NCBI RefSeq assembly: GCF_009914755.1 | Contig: NC_060947.1 | Strand: one strand, 5' to 3' | DNA: 64,000 bases | Source of the DNA: the human T2T-CHM13v2.0 reference genome, Homo sapiens | Part shown: piece by piece, positions 1 to 15,000 of the stretch | How the letters are laid out: every line of letters begins with the position of its first letter | How positions within the stretch are numbered: position 1 is the stretch's first letter | Program-made: the position numbers and the translations under genes | Notes under the pieces: model-generated | The model's database searches: none | Told to the model about the DNA's origin: nothing | Seen by the model: the letters and a program-made list of their open reading frames with translations, nothing else

Positions 1-3000
1 AGCAGTTTCTCAAAAAGCTTCTTTCTAGTTTTTAATTGAAGATATTTCCTTTTTCACCATAGGCCTCAATGTGCTACAAAATATCTCTTTGAAGATTCTA
101 AGAGAACAGTGTTTCCAAACTGCTTAATTAAAAGTAAGCTTTAACTCTGTGTGTTGAATGCACACATCACAAATCGGTTTGTCATATAACTTCCTTCTAG
201 TTTTTGTCTTGTGATATTCGCTTTTTTGCCATTGGCCTCAATGAGTTCCCAAATGTCCATTCACAGAATGGACAAAAACAGTGTTTCCAAACTGCTGAAT
301 CCAAAGAAAGGTTAAATTCTGTGAGTCAAATCCACACAAAACAAATGAGTTTCTCAGAAAACTTCTTTCTAGTTGTCATCTGAACATATATTCTTTTTCA
401 CCTTAGGCCTCAATGCGCTCCCAAATACCCCTTCGCAGTTTCTACAAAAACACTGTTTCCAAACTGCAGAATGAAAAGAAAGATTTAATTCTGTGAGATG
501 AATACCCACATCCCAAAGTGGTTTCTCAGATAGCTTCCTTGTAGTTTTTATCATGAGATACTTTCTTTTTTGCCATTGGCCTCAATGAGCTCCCGAATGT
601 CCATTTGCAGCATGAACAAAAACAGTGTTTCCAAACTGCTGAATCCAGAGAAATTTTTAACTCTGTGATGAATGAACACATCACAAAGCATTTTCACAGA
701 AAGGTTCTTTTTAGTTCTTATCTGAAGATATTTCCTTTTTCACAGTTGGCCTCAATGAACTACTAAATATCTTTTTGCAGATTCTAAGAAAATAGTGTTT
801 CCAAACTGCTGAATGAAAAGAAAGGTTTAACTCTGTGAAATGAATGCACACATCACAAATAGGTTTCTCAGGTAAACTCCTTGTAGTTTTTATCTTGGGA
901 TATTCCCTTTTTTGCCATTGGCCTCAATGAGTCCCCAAATGTCCGTTTGCAGAATAGACAAAAACAGTGTTTCCAAACTTCCAAAACCAGAGAAAAGTTT
1001 AACTCTGTTAGGTGAATGCATATATCACAAAGCAGTTTCTCAAAAAGCTTCTTTTTAATTTTTATATGAATATATTTCCTTTTTCCCCATAGGCCTCAAG
1101 GCAATGCAAAATAACTCTTCAGATATTCTAAGAAATCAGTGTTTTGAAACTGCTGAATTGAAAGAAAAGTTTAACTCTGTGAGATGAATGCACAATCACA
1201 AAACAGTTTTGCAGATATCTTCCTTCTAGTTTTTACCCTGGGATATTCACTTTTTCACCATTGGCCTCAAAGAGATCCCAAGTGTCCATTTGCACTATAG
1301 ACAAAAACAGTGTTTCCAAACTGCTGAATCCAGAGAAAGGTTTAACTATGTGAGGTGAATGCACACATCACAAAGCAGTTTCTCAGAAAGGTTCTTTACA
1401 GTTTTTATTTGAAGATATTTCTTTTTTCACCATAGGCCTTCATGTGCTACAAAATATCTCTTTGTAGATTCTAAGAAAACAGTGTTTCCAAATTGCTGCA
1501 TTAAAAGAAAGCTTCAAATCTTTGGGGTGAATGCACATATCTCAAAGCAGTTTCTCAGAAAGCTTCTTTCTAAGTTTTATATGAATATATTTCCTTTTTC
1601 ACCTTAGGCCTCAATGTGCTAAAAATATCTCTTTGCAGATTCTAAGAAAACGGTGTTTCCAAACTGATGAATTGAAAGAAGTGTTTGACTCTGTGAGGTG
1701 AATGCACACATCACAAAGTGGTTTCTCTGATAACTTCCTTCTAGTTTTTATCCTGGGATAGTCTCTTTTTCGCCATTGGCTTCAATAAGGTCCTAAATGT
1801 CCATTCTGCGAATGGACAAAAACAGGATTTCCAATCTGCTGAATACACAGAAAGGTTTAACTCTGTGAGATGTGTGCAAAAGTCATAAAGCAGTTTCTCA
1901 GAAAGCTTCTTTCCAGTTTTTATCTGAAGATACTTCCTTTCCCACTGTAGGCCTCAATTCACTCGCAAATATCCCATTACCGATTCTACAACAACAGTGT
2001 ATAAAAACAACTGAATGAAAAGAAATATTTAACTCTGTGAGATTAATGCACGTATCACAAAGCAGTTTCTCAGATATCTTCCTTCTAGTTTTTATCCTGG
2101 GATATTCACTTTTTTGCTATTGGCCTCAATAAGCTCCCAAATGTCCATTCACTGAATGGACAAAAACAGTGTTTCCAAACCGCTGAAAGCAAAGAAATGT
2201 TTAATTCTGTGAGATGAATGGACACATCACAAGTCTGTTTCTCAGAAAGCTTCTTTGTAGTTTTTATCTGAAGATATTTCCTTTTTTGCCATAGGCCTCA
2301 AAGCACTGCCAAATATCCCTTCACAGGGATATTGCTACAAAATATGTTTCTACAAAAACAGTGTTTCCAATCTGCTAAATGAAAAGAAAGTTTTAACTCT
2401 GTGAGATGAATGCCCACATCATAAAGCAATTTTTCATAAAGCTTCTGTCAAGTTTTTCTCTGAAGATAATTCCTTTTTCATCATAGGCCTCAATGCACTC
2501 CCAAATATCCCTTTGCAGATTCTGCAAAACAATGTTTCCAAACTGCTGAATGAAAAGGAAGGTTTAACTTTGTAAGATGATTGCACACATCACAACACGG
2601 TTTTTCAGATATCTCCTAGTTTTTATCCTGGGGTGTAGATTTTGTTGCCATTGTCCTCAATGAGCTCCCAAATGGCCATTCTCAGAATGCACAAAAACAA
2701 TTTTTCCAAACTGCTGAATCCAGAGAAAGGTTTAACTCTGTGAGATGAATGTACTCATCACAAAGCATTTTCTCAGAAAGCTTCTTTCTAGTTTTTACCT
2801 GAATATATTCCCTTTTTCACCTTAGGCCTCAATGCACTCCAAAATATCCCTTCACAGATTCTACAAAAACAATGTTTGAAAACTGCTGAAAGAAAAGAAA
2901 GGTTTAACTCTGGGAGATGAATGCACACAACACAGAGCAGTTTCTCAGATATCTTCCTTCAAGTTTTTATCCTGGGATATTTGCTTTATCATTAAGATTC

Positions 3001-6000
3001 TTTCTAGTTTTTTCTCAACATATTTCCTTTTTCACCACAGACCTCAATGCCCTATGAACTATCTCCTCACAAATTCTAGAAAAACAGTGTTTCCAAACCA
3101 CTGAATGAAAATAAATGTTTAACTCTGTGAGATGAATGCACACATTGCAAAGCAGTTTCTCAGATAGATTCTTGTAGTTCTTATCATGGGATATTTGTTT
3201 TTTTGCCATTGGCCACAATGAGCTCCTGAATGTCCATTTGCAGCATGGAAAAAAACAGTGATTCCAAATTGCTGAATGCAGAGAATCCTTTCACTCTGTG
3301 AGATAAATGCACACATCAGAAAACAGCTTCTCAGAAAGATTCTTTGTAATTTTTATATGAATATATTTCCTTTTTCACCATAGGCCTCATTGCGCTCACA
3401 ATTATCCCCTCACAGATTCTACAAAAACAGTGTTTCCAAACTAGTGAATGAAAAAAAAAGGTTTACCTCTGTGAAATGAATGCACACACCACAAATCGGT
3501 TTCTCAGATAACATCCTTCTAGTTTTTATCCTGGGATATTCACTTTTTCACCATTGGCCTCAAAGAGCTCCCAAATGTCCATTCGCAGAATGGATAAAAA
3601 CACTGTTTGTAAACTGCAGAATTCAAAGAAAGGTTTAGCTCTGTGAGATGAATGCACACATCACAAAGCAATTTCTCAGAAAGATTCTTTCTAGTTTTTA
3701 TCTGAAGATATTTCCTTTTTCACCCTAGGACTCAATGCACTACCAAATATCCCTTCGTGGATTCTAAGAAAACAGTGTTTCCAAACTGCTGAATGAAAAG
3801 AAAGGTTTAACTCTGTGAGTTCAAAGCACACATCACGAATTGGTTTCTCAGATAAATTCCTTCTAGTTTTTATGCTGGGATATTCGCTTTTTCACCACTG
3901 GCCGAAATGAGCTCCAAAATGTCTGATTGCAGACTGGTCAAAAACAGTGTTTCCAAACTGCTGAATCCAGAGAAATGTTTAACTCTGTAAGGTGAATGCA
4001 CATATCACAAAGCAGTATCTCAGAAAGCTTCTTTCTAATTTTTATATGAATATATTTCCTTTTTCACAATACACCTCAATGTGCTGAAAAATATCTCTTC
4101 ACAGATTCTAAGAAAAGTGTTTTGAAACTGCTGAACTGAAAGAAATATTTAACCCTGGGAGATAAATCCACACAGAACAAAGCAGTTTCTCAGATATCTT
4201 CCTTCTAGTTTTTATCCTAGGATATTCACTTTGTCACCATTGGCCTCAAGGAGCTCCCAAATATCCATTCACAGAATGGACAAAAACAGTTTTCCCAAAC
4301 TGCTGAATCCAAAGAAAGGTTTAACTCTGTGAGATGAATGTTTACACCACAAATCAGTCTCTCAGATAAATTCTTTCTAGTTTTTATCCTGGGATATTCG
4401 CTTTTTGGCCATTGGCTTCAATGAGCTCCAAAATGTCCATTAGTTGAATGAACAAAAACAGTGTTTCCAAACTGATGAATCCAAAGAAATGTTTAACTGT
4501 GTGAGATTAATGGAAACGTCACAAAGCAGTTTCTCAGAAAACTTCTTTCTAGTTTTTATCTGAAGATATTTCCTTTTTCAGCATAGGCCCCAAGGCACTC
4601 CCAAATATCTGATCGCACATTCTACAAAAACAGTGTTTCCAAACTGCTGAAAACAAGGAAATGTTTACCTCTGTCAGATGAATGAAAACATCACAAAGCA
4701 CTTTCTCAGTAAACTTCCTTCTAGTTTTTATCTGAATATATATTCTTTTTCACCATACGCCCCAATGAACTCCCAAATTTCCTTTCACAGATTCTACAAA
4801 AACAGTGTTTCCAACCTGCTGAATGAAAAGAAAGGATTAACTCTGTGAGATGAGTGTCCACATCTCAAAGTGTCCACATCACAGGTAGTTTGCTTGTAGT
4901 TTTTATAATGAGATATTCTCTTTTTAGCCATTGGCCTCAATGAGTTCCCAAATGTCCTTTTGCAGCATGGACAAAAACAGTGTTTACAAACTGTTGAATC
5001 CAGAGACAGGTTTAACTCTGTGAGATGAATGCACACATCAGAAAGCAGTTTCACAGAAAGCCTTTATGTAGTTTTTATCTGAAGACAATTCCTTTTTCAC
5101 CATAGGCCAAATATCCCTTCACAGATTCTACAAAAACAGTGTTTCCAAACTGCTGAATGAAAAGAAAGGTTAAGCTCTTTGAGCTTAATCCGCACATCAA
5201 AGAACCATTTCTCAGATAACTTCATTCTAGTTTTTATCCTGGGATATTTGCTTTTTCACCAATGGCCTAAATGAGATCCCAAATGTCCATTCGCAGAATG
5301 GACATAAATGGCATTACCAACCTGCAGAATCCAAAGAAAGTTTTCCAAACTGCTGAATGAAAAGAAAGTTTTAACTCTGAGATTAATGCCCACAACAAAG
5401 AGTGGTTTCTTAGATATCTTTCTCCTAGTTTTTATCATAGGATATTCTCTTTCTCGTGATTTTCCACAATGAGCTCCTAAAAGTCCATTCACAGAATAGA
5501 CAAAAACAGTGTTTTCAGACTGTTGAATGCAAAGAAATGTTTACCTCTGTGAGATGAAGGACTACATTACATAGAGGTTTCTCGTTAAGCTTCTTTCTAG
5601 TTTTTATCTGAAAATATTTCCTTTTTCACCATAGGCCTCAATGCGCTACTTAATATCTGTTCGCAGATTCAAGAAAACAGTGTTTCCAAACTGCTGAATG
5701 AAAAGGATGGTTTACATCTGCGAGATGAATGCACACATCACAAAGCAGTTTCTTAGAGAGCTTCCTTCTAGTTTTTATCCTGGGATATTCCTTTTTTTGC
5801 CTTTAGCCTTAGTGAACTCCCAAATGTTCATTTACAGAATGGAAAAAAACAGTGTTACCAAACTGATGAATCCAAAGAAAGTTTTAACTCTATAAGATGA
5901 ATGCACACATCACAAAGCAGTTTCTCAGAAAGTTTCTTTCTAGTTTAATCTGAAGATATTTCCTTTTTCACCATAGGCATCATTCTGCTACTAAATATCT

Positions 6001-9000
6001 CTTCACAGATACTAAGAAAACAGTGTTACCAAACTGCTGAATCCAAAGAATAGTTTAGCTCTGTGAGATGAATGAAAACATCATGAAGCACTTTCTCAGA
6101 AAGCTTCCTTCTAGTTTTTATCAGAAGATATTTCCTTTTTCACAATAGGCCTCAATGTGCTGCCAAATATCCCTTTGCAAATTCTGCAAAAATATTGTTT
6201 CCAAACTGCTGAATGAAAAGAAATGGTTAACTCTGGGCGATGAATGCAAACATCACAAAGTGGTTTCCCAGAGAGCTTCCTTCTAGTTTTAATCTTGGGA
6301 TATTTGCTTTTTCACCATTGGCCTCAATGAGCTCCCAAATGTCCATTCACAGAATGGACAAAAACAGTGTTAACAAACTGTTGAATCCAAAGAAAGTTTT
6401 AACTCTCTGAGAAGAATGAACACATCACAAAGCAGTTTCTCAGAAAGCTTCTTTCAATTTTTTATCTGAAGATATTTCCTTTTTCACCATAGGCCTCAAT
6501 GTGCTGTCAAATATCCCTTTGCAGATTCTACAAAAACATTGTTTCCAAACTGCTTTATGAAAAGAAAGGTTTCACTATGGGTGATGAATACAAACAACAC
6601 ACTGTGGTTTCTCAGAGAGCTTCCTTCTACTTTTTATCTTGGGATATTTGCTTTTTCACCATTGGCCTCAATGAGCTCCCAAAAGTCCGTTTGCAGAATG
6701 GACAAATACAGTGTTACAAAACTGCTGAGTTCAAAGAAATCTTTAACTCTGTTAGATGAATCCACGCATCAAAAGGTGTCTCTCAGAAAGGTTCTTTCTA
6801 GTTTTTATCTGAGGATATTTCTTTTTTCACCATAGGCCTAAATGTGCTGCCAAATACCCTTTCACAGATTCCAAAATAACACTGTTTCCAAACTACTGAA
6901 TGAAAGGGAAGGTTTAGCTCTGCAGGGTGACTGAACACATCATGAAGCAGTTTCTTGGAGAGCTTCCATCTAGTTTTTATCCTGGGCTATTCACTTTTTC
7001 GCTTTGGCATCAATGAGCTCCCAAATGTCCATTCGCAGAATGGACAAAAACAGTGTTACCAAACTGATGACTGCAAGGAAAAGTTAACTCTGTGAGATGA
7101 ATGCACACATCCTGAAGCAGTTTCTCATTAAGCTTCTTTGTAGTTTTTATCTGAAAATAGTTCCTTTTTCATCATAGGCCTCAATGTGCTACCAAATATC
7201 TTTTCACAGACTCTGATAAAACAGAGTTTCCAAACTCTTGAATGAAAAGAAAGGTTTAATTCTGTGAGTTGAATACAAATCTCAGAAATCGGTTTCTCAG
7301 ATAAATTCCTTCTAGTTTTAATCCTGGGATATTCACTTTCTCGCCATTGTTCTCAATGAGCTCCCAAATGTGCATTCACAGAATGGACAAAAACAGTGCT
7401 TCCAAACTGCTGAATACAAAGAAAGTTTTAACTCTGTAAAATGAATGAACACATCACAAAGCAGTTTCTCAGCATGCTTCTCTCTAGTTTTAATCTGAAG
7501 AAATTTCCTTTTTCACCTTAGGCTTCAATGTGCTTCTAAATATCTCTTCACAGATTCTTCAAAAACAGTGTTTCCAAACTACTGAATGAAAAGAAAGGTT
7601 TAACACTGTGAGATGAATGCACACATCACAAAGGGTTTTCTCAGATATCTTCCTTCTAGTTTTTATCCCAGGATATTCACTTTTTCGCCATTGGCCTGAT
7701 TGAGCTTCCAAATGTTCATTCACAGAATCAACAAAAACTGTGCTTCCATACAGCTGAATCCAAAGAAACGTTTAACTCTGTGAGATAAATGGACACATCA
7801 CAAAGCAGTTTCTCAGAAAGCTTCTTTCTAGTTTTTATTTGACAATATTTCCTTTTTCACCATAGGCCTCAAAGCACTTCCAAATATCCCTTCACATATT
7901 CTACAAAAAGAGTGTTTCCAAAGTGCTGAATGAAAAGAAAAGTTTAACTATGTGAGATGAATACACACATCACAAATCAGTTTCTCAGATAACATGCTTC
8001 TAGTTTTTATCCTGGGATATTCACTTTTTCACCATTGGCCTCAATGAGCTCCCAAATATCCATTCGCAGAATGGACAAAAACAGTGTTTCCAAACAGCTG
8101 AATCCAAAAAAAGTTTAACAATATAAGGTGAATGAAAACACCACATAGCGGTTTCTCAGAAAGCTTCTTTCTACTTTTTGTCAGAATATGTTCCCTTTTT
8201 CACCAAAGGCTTCAATGTGCTGTCAAATATCCCTTCGCAGATTCTACAAAAACAATTTTTCCAAACTGCTTAATGAAAAGAAAGATTTAACTCTGCGAGG
8301 TGAATACACACAATGCAGAGCAGTTTCCCAGATACCTTCCTTCTTGTTTTTATCCTGGAATATTCACTTTTTCCCCATTGGCCTCAATGAGCCCCCAAAA
8401 GTCCACACGCAGAATGTACGAAAACAGTGTTTCCAAACTGCTGAATCCAAAGAACGGTTTAAATCTGTGAGTTGAATGGACCCATCACAAAGCAGTTTCT
8501 CAGAATGCTTCTTTCCAGTTTTTTTTCTGAAGATATTTCCTTTTTCACCATAGGCCTCAACGTGCTCCTAAGTATCCCTTCAGAGATTCTACAAAAACAG
8601 TGTTTTGAAACTGCTGAATGAAAAGAATGGTTTAATGCTGTGAGATGAATCCACACTTCACAAAGCTTTTTCTCAGATATGTTCCTTCTAGTTTTTATCC
8701 TGGGAAATTCACTTTTTTGTCATTGGCCCCAATGAGCCCCCAAATGTCCATTTGCAGAATGTATTAAAACAGTGTTACCAAACTGCCTAATCCAAAGAAA
8801 GATTCTACTCTGTGACATGGATGCACACATCACAAAGCAGTTTCTCAGAAAGCTTCTTTCTAGTTTTAATCTGAAGATATTTCCTTTTCAACCATAGGCC
8901 TCATTGCACTACCAAATATCTCTTGGCATTTTCTAAGAAAACAGTGTTTCCAAACTGCTGAATGAAAAGAAAGATTTAACTCTATGAGATGAATCCACAC

Positions 9001-12000
9001 ATCACAAAGCAGTTTCTCAGAAAGTGTCTTTCTAGTTTTTATCTGAAGCTATTTCCTTTTTCACCATAGGCCTCAATGCACTGCCAAATATTCCTACGCA
9101 GATTCTACAGAAACAGTGTTTCTAAACTGCTGTATGGAAAAAATGTTTCACTCTTGGAGATGAATGCAAACCACAGCAATTGGTTTCTCAGAGAGTTTCC
9201 TTCTAGTTTTTATCCTGGGATATTCACTTTTTTGCCATTGGCCTCAATGAGCTTCCAAATGTCCATGTGCAGAATGGTCAAAAACAGTTTTACCAAAGTT
9301 CTGATTCCAAAGAAAGCTTTAACTCTGTTAGATGAATTCAGACATCAAAAAGTCGTCTCTCAGAAAGGTTCTTTCTAGGTTTTCTCTGAGGATATTTCCT
9401 TTTTCACCATAGGCCTCAATGCTCTGCCAAATATCCTTTTGCAGATTCTACAAAAACACTGTTTCTAAACTGCTGAATGAAAAGGAAGGTTTAGCTCTGC
9501 AGGGAGAATGCACACATCACAAAGCAGTTTCTCAGAAAGGCTCTTTCTAGTTTTTATCCTGGGTAGTCACTTTTTCACCTTTGGCCTCAATGAGCTCCCG
9601 AATGACCATTCACAGAATGGACGAAAACAGTGTTACCAAACTGCTGTATCAAAAGAAAGGTTTGACACTGTGAGATGAATGCACACAACTGAAAGCAGTT
9701 TCTCATTAAGATTCTTACTAGTTTTTATCTGAAGATATTTCCTTTTTCACAGTAGGCCTCAATGCGCTTCAAAATATCTCTTCACAGATTCTACAAAAAG
9801 AATGATTCCAAACTGCTGAATGAAAAGAAAGGGTTAACTCTGTGAGATGAATGCCCACATCACAAAGCAGTTTCTCAGAGGGCTTCCTTCTAGTTCTTAT
9901 GCTGGAATATTTGCTTTCTCCCCAATTGGCCTCAGTGAGCGCCCAAGTGTCCATTCACAGAATGGACAAAAACAGTGTTACCACATGCTGAATCCAAAGA
10001 AAGGTTTAACTCTGTTAGATGAAGGAACGCATCACAAAGCTGTTTCTTAGAAAGTTTGTTTCTAGTTTTTATCTGAAGATATTTCCTTTTTCAAAGTAGC
10101 CTCAATACACTGTCAAATAGCCCTTTGCAGATTCTACAAAAACAGGTGTTTCCAAACTGCTGAATGAAAAGAAATGTTTAATGCTGCAATATGAATGCAA
10201 GCATCACAAAGCGGTTTCTCAGAGAGCCTCCTTCTAATTTTTATCATGGGATATTCACTTTTTCACTACTGACTCAATGAGCTCCCAAATGTCTATTTGC
10301 AGAATGGACATAAACAGTCTTACCAAACTGCTGAATCCTAAGGAAGCTATAACTCTGTTAGATGAATGTACACAACCCATAGCCGTCTCTGATTAAACTT
10401 CTTTCCAGTTTTTTTCTGAATATATTTCCTTTTTTACAATAAGCCTCAATGCGCTGCCAAATATCCCTTCACAGATTCTACAAAAACAGTATTTCCAAAC
10501 TGCTGTATGGAAAGAAAAGTTTAACACTGTGAGATGAATACACATATCAGAAAGCATTTTCTCAGATATCTTCCTTCAGGTTTTCATCCTGGGATATTCA
10601 CTTTTTTGCCATTAGCCTCAATGACCTCCCAAGTGTCCATTGACAGAATGGACAGAAACAGTGTCACAAAACTGCTGGATCCAAAGAGAAGCTCAACCTT
10701 GGGAGATGAATCCACGCATCAAAAAGTGTCTGTCAGAAAGGTTCTTTCCAGTTTTTATCTGAAGATATTTCCTTTTTCACCATAGGCCTCATTGCACTAC
10801 CAAATATCTCTTAGCAGATTCTAAGGAAACAGTGTTTCAAAACTGCTGAATTAAAAGAAAGGTTTAACTCTGTGAGATGAATGAACACATCACAAATCTT
10901 TTTCTCCAATAACATTCTTATAGATTTTATCCTGGGATATTTGCTTTTTCTTCATTGGTTCAATGAGCTCCCAAATGTCCATTCACAGAATGGACAAAAA
11001 CAGTTTTACCAAACTGCTGAATCCAAAGAAAGGTTTAACTCTGTGAGATGAATGCAAACAACCAAGAGCAGTTTCTCATTAAGCTTCTTTCTATTTTTTA
11101 TCTGAAGATATTTCCTTTTTCACAGTAGGCCACAATGCACTACAAAATATCTGTTAGCAGATTCCAAAAAACAGTGCTTCCAAACTGCTGAGTGAAATGA
11201 ACGGTTTAACTCAGTGAGATAAATGCACACATCACAAATCGGTTTCTCAGATAACTTCCTTCTTGTTATCCTGGGATATTCGCTTTTTCGCCATTGGCGT
11301 CAATAAGCTCCCAAATGTCCATTCGCAGAATGGACAAAAGCAGTGTCACCAATCTGCTGAATTAAAAGAAAAGTGAGATTAATGCACACATCCAAAGCAA
11401 TCTCTCTTTAAGCTTCCTTCTATTTTTTATCTGAAGATAATGCCTTTTTCCCCTTCAGCATCAATGCTCTACCAAATGTCTGTTTGCTGATTCTATGGAA
11501 ACAGTGTTTCCAAACTGCTGAATGAAAGGAAATGTTTAACTCGATGAGATGATTGCAGACATCACAGTTCAGTTTCTCAGATAACTTCCTTCTAGATTTT
11601 GTCCTTGGATATATGCTTTTTTGCCATTGGTCTCAATGAACTCCCAAATGTCCATTGGTAGAATGGACAAAAACAGTGTTACCAAACTTCTGAATCCAAA
11701 GAAAGGTTTAACTCCATCAGATGAATCCACACATCAAAAAGAAGTCTCTTAGAAATGTTCTTTCTGGTTTCTATCTGAAGATATTTCCTTTTTAAACATA
11801 GGCCTCATTGTGCTACAAAATATCTCTTTGCAGATTCTAAGAAAAGAGTATTTCAAAACTGCTGAATGAAAAGAAAGGTTTAACTCTATGGGATGAATGC
11901 ACTCATCACAAATAGGTTTCTCAGATAACTTCTTTCTAGTTTTTATCCTGGGATATTCACTTTTCACCATTGGCCTCAATGAACTCCCAAATGTCCATTC

Positions 12001-15000
12001 ACAGAATGGACCAAACCAGTGGTTCCAAACTGCTGAATCCAAAGAAATGTTTAACTCTGTGAGATGAATGAAAACATCACCATGAAGTTTCTCAGAAAGC
12101 TTCTTCCGAATTTTTATCTGAACAAAATTCCATTGTACCATATGCCTCATCGTGCTCCAGAATATGCATTCACAGATTCTCCAAAAACAGTGCTTCCAAA
12201 ATGCTGACTGAAATGAAAGGTTTAACTCTGCCAACTCTGCTAGATGAATGCACATATCACAAACCAGTTTCTCAGATATCGTCCATCTAGTTTTTATCCA
12301 GGGATATTCAATTTTTTCGAATCAAAAAAATTCAATTTTGATTTTGGTCAAAATGCAATGCCAAATACCCCTTTGCAGATTCTACAAAAACAGTGTTTAC
12401 AAACTGCTGAATGAAAAGAAAAGCTTAAATTTGTGAGATGAATATACACATCACAACGCATTTTCTCAAAGAGCTTCCTTCTAGTTTTTATCTTGGGATA
12501 TTTGCTTTTTTGACCTAGGCCTCAATGAGCTCCCAAATGTCCATTCGCAGAATGGAGAAAAACAGTGTTTCCAAACTGCTGAATCCAAAGAAAGATTTAA
12601 CTCTGTGCAATGAATGAACACATCACAAAGCAGTTTCTCAGAAAGCTACCTTCTAGTTTATATCAGAATATATTTCCTTTTTCACCATAGGCCTCAATGC
12701 ACTGACAAATATCCCTTCACAGATTCTAAAAAACAGTATTTCCAAACTGCTGAATGAAAAGAAGGGTTTAACACTGTGAGATGAATGCACAAATCACAGA
12801 GTGTTTTCTCAGATATCTTCTAGTTTTTCTCCTGTCATATTTCCTTTTTCACTGTTGACCCCAATGACCTCCCAAACGTCCATTCACAGAATGTACAAAA
12901 ACAGTGTTTCCAAACTCCTGAGTTCAAACAAAGGTTTAAATCTGTAAGATGAATGAACGCAGCCCAAAGCAGTTTCTCAGAGAGCTTCTTTCCAATTTTT
13001 ACCTGAATATATTCCCGTATTCTCCATAGTCCTCAATGTGCTCCCAAATATCCCTTTGCATATTCTACAAAAACAATGTTTCCAAACTGCTGAAAGAAAA
13101 GAAAAGTTTAACTCTGCGAGATGAGTGCACACAACACGGAGCGGTTTCTCAGATATCTTCCTTCTGGTTTTTAGCCTGGGATATTGGCTTTTTTGCCATT
13201 GACCTCAATGAGCTCCCAAATGTCCATTTGCAGAATGGACAAAACAGTGTGACCAAATTGTTGAACCCAAAGAAAGGTTTAACTCTGAGATGAATGAACA
13301 CAGCACAAAGCATTTTTTCAGAAAGCTTCTTTCTACTTTTTACCTGAAGATATTTCCTTTTTCACAACAGGCCTCAATGCACTCCCAAATATTCCTTTGC
13401 AGATTCTTCAAAAACAGTGTTTCCAAACTGTTAAATGAAAAGAAAGGTTTAACTTTGCAACATGAATGCACACATCAGAATGCGTTTTCTGAGAGAGCTG
13501 CCTTCTAGGCTTTATCTCGGAATATTTGCTTTTACGCCATTGGCTTCAATGAGCTTCCAAATGTCCATTTGCACAATGGACAAAAACAGTGTTACCAAAC
13601 TGCTGAATCTGAAGATGAATGAACACAGCCCAAAGCAGTTTCTCAGAAAGTTTATTCCTAGTTTTAATCTGAAGTTATTTCCTTTTTCACTGTAGGCCTC
13701 AAAATGCTACCAAATGTCTCTTCACAGATTCTAAGAAAACAGTGTTTCCAAACTCCTGAATGAAAAGAAAGGTTTCACTGTGTAATGAATGAACACATCA
13801 AAAATCAGTTTCTCAGATAACTTCCTTCTAGTTTTTATCCTGGCATATTTGCTTTTTTGCCATTGGCCTCAATGTGCCCCCAAGTGTCCATTTGCCGAAT
13901 GGACAAAAACAGCGTTTCCAAACTGCTGAGTCCAAAGAAAGGTTTAACTCTGTGAGATGAATGAACACATCACAAAGCAGTTTCTCAGAAAGCTTCTTTC
14001 TCGTTTTTATCAAAATATATTTCATTTTTCACCATAGGCCTGAATGCGCTGATAAATATCCCTTCACATATTCTACAAAAAGAGTGTTTCCAAACTGCTG
14101 AATGAAAAGAAGTGTTTTACACTGCAAAATGAATGTGCAAATCACAGAGTGTTTTCTCAGGTATATTCCTTCCTTTTTCCCAACTGCAGAATCCAAAGAA
14201 AGGTTTATCTCTGTGAGATTAATGCAAATATCATAAAGCAGTTTCTCAGAAAGCTTCTTTCTAGTATTTAATCAGAAGATATTTCCTTTTTTACCATAGG
14301 CCTTAATGCGCTCCCAATATCCCTTCACAGACTCTACAAAAACCGTGTTTCCCAACTGCTGTATGAAAAGAAAGGTTTAACTCTGTGAGATAAATTCCCA
14401 CATCACAAACCATTTTCTCTGATACATTCCTTCTAGTTTTTATCCTGGGATATTTTCTTTCTCCCCATGGGCTTTGCTGATCTCCCAATGTCCATTAGTA
14501 GGATGGAAAAAACAGTGTTACCAAACTGCTGAATCCAAAGAAAGGTTTAACTGTGAGATGAATGCAAAATCACAAAGCAGTTTCTCAAAAGCTTCTTTCT
14601 AATTTTTATAGGAATATATTTCCTTTGTCACCATAGGCCTCAATGCGCTCCCACATTTTCTTCACAGATTCTACAAGAACAGTGTTTCCAAACTGCTGAA
14701 TGAAAAGAAAGGTTTCACTCTGTGAGATGAATGCACACATCACAAAGCCGTTTCTCAGATAAATTCTTTCTAGTTTTTATCCTGGGATGTTCACTTTTTT
14801 GCAATTGGCCTCAAAGAGCTCCCAAATGTACATTTGCAGCATGGACAAAAAGAGTGTTTCCAAACTGCTGAATCCAAAGAAAGGTTTAAATCTGTGAGAT
14901 GTATACACACATCACAAAGCAGTTTCTCAGAACGCTTCTTTCGAGTTTTAACCTGAAGATATTTCCTTTTTCACCGTAGGCCTCAATGTGTTACAACATA

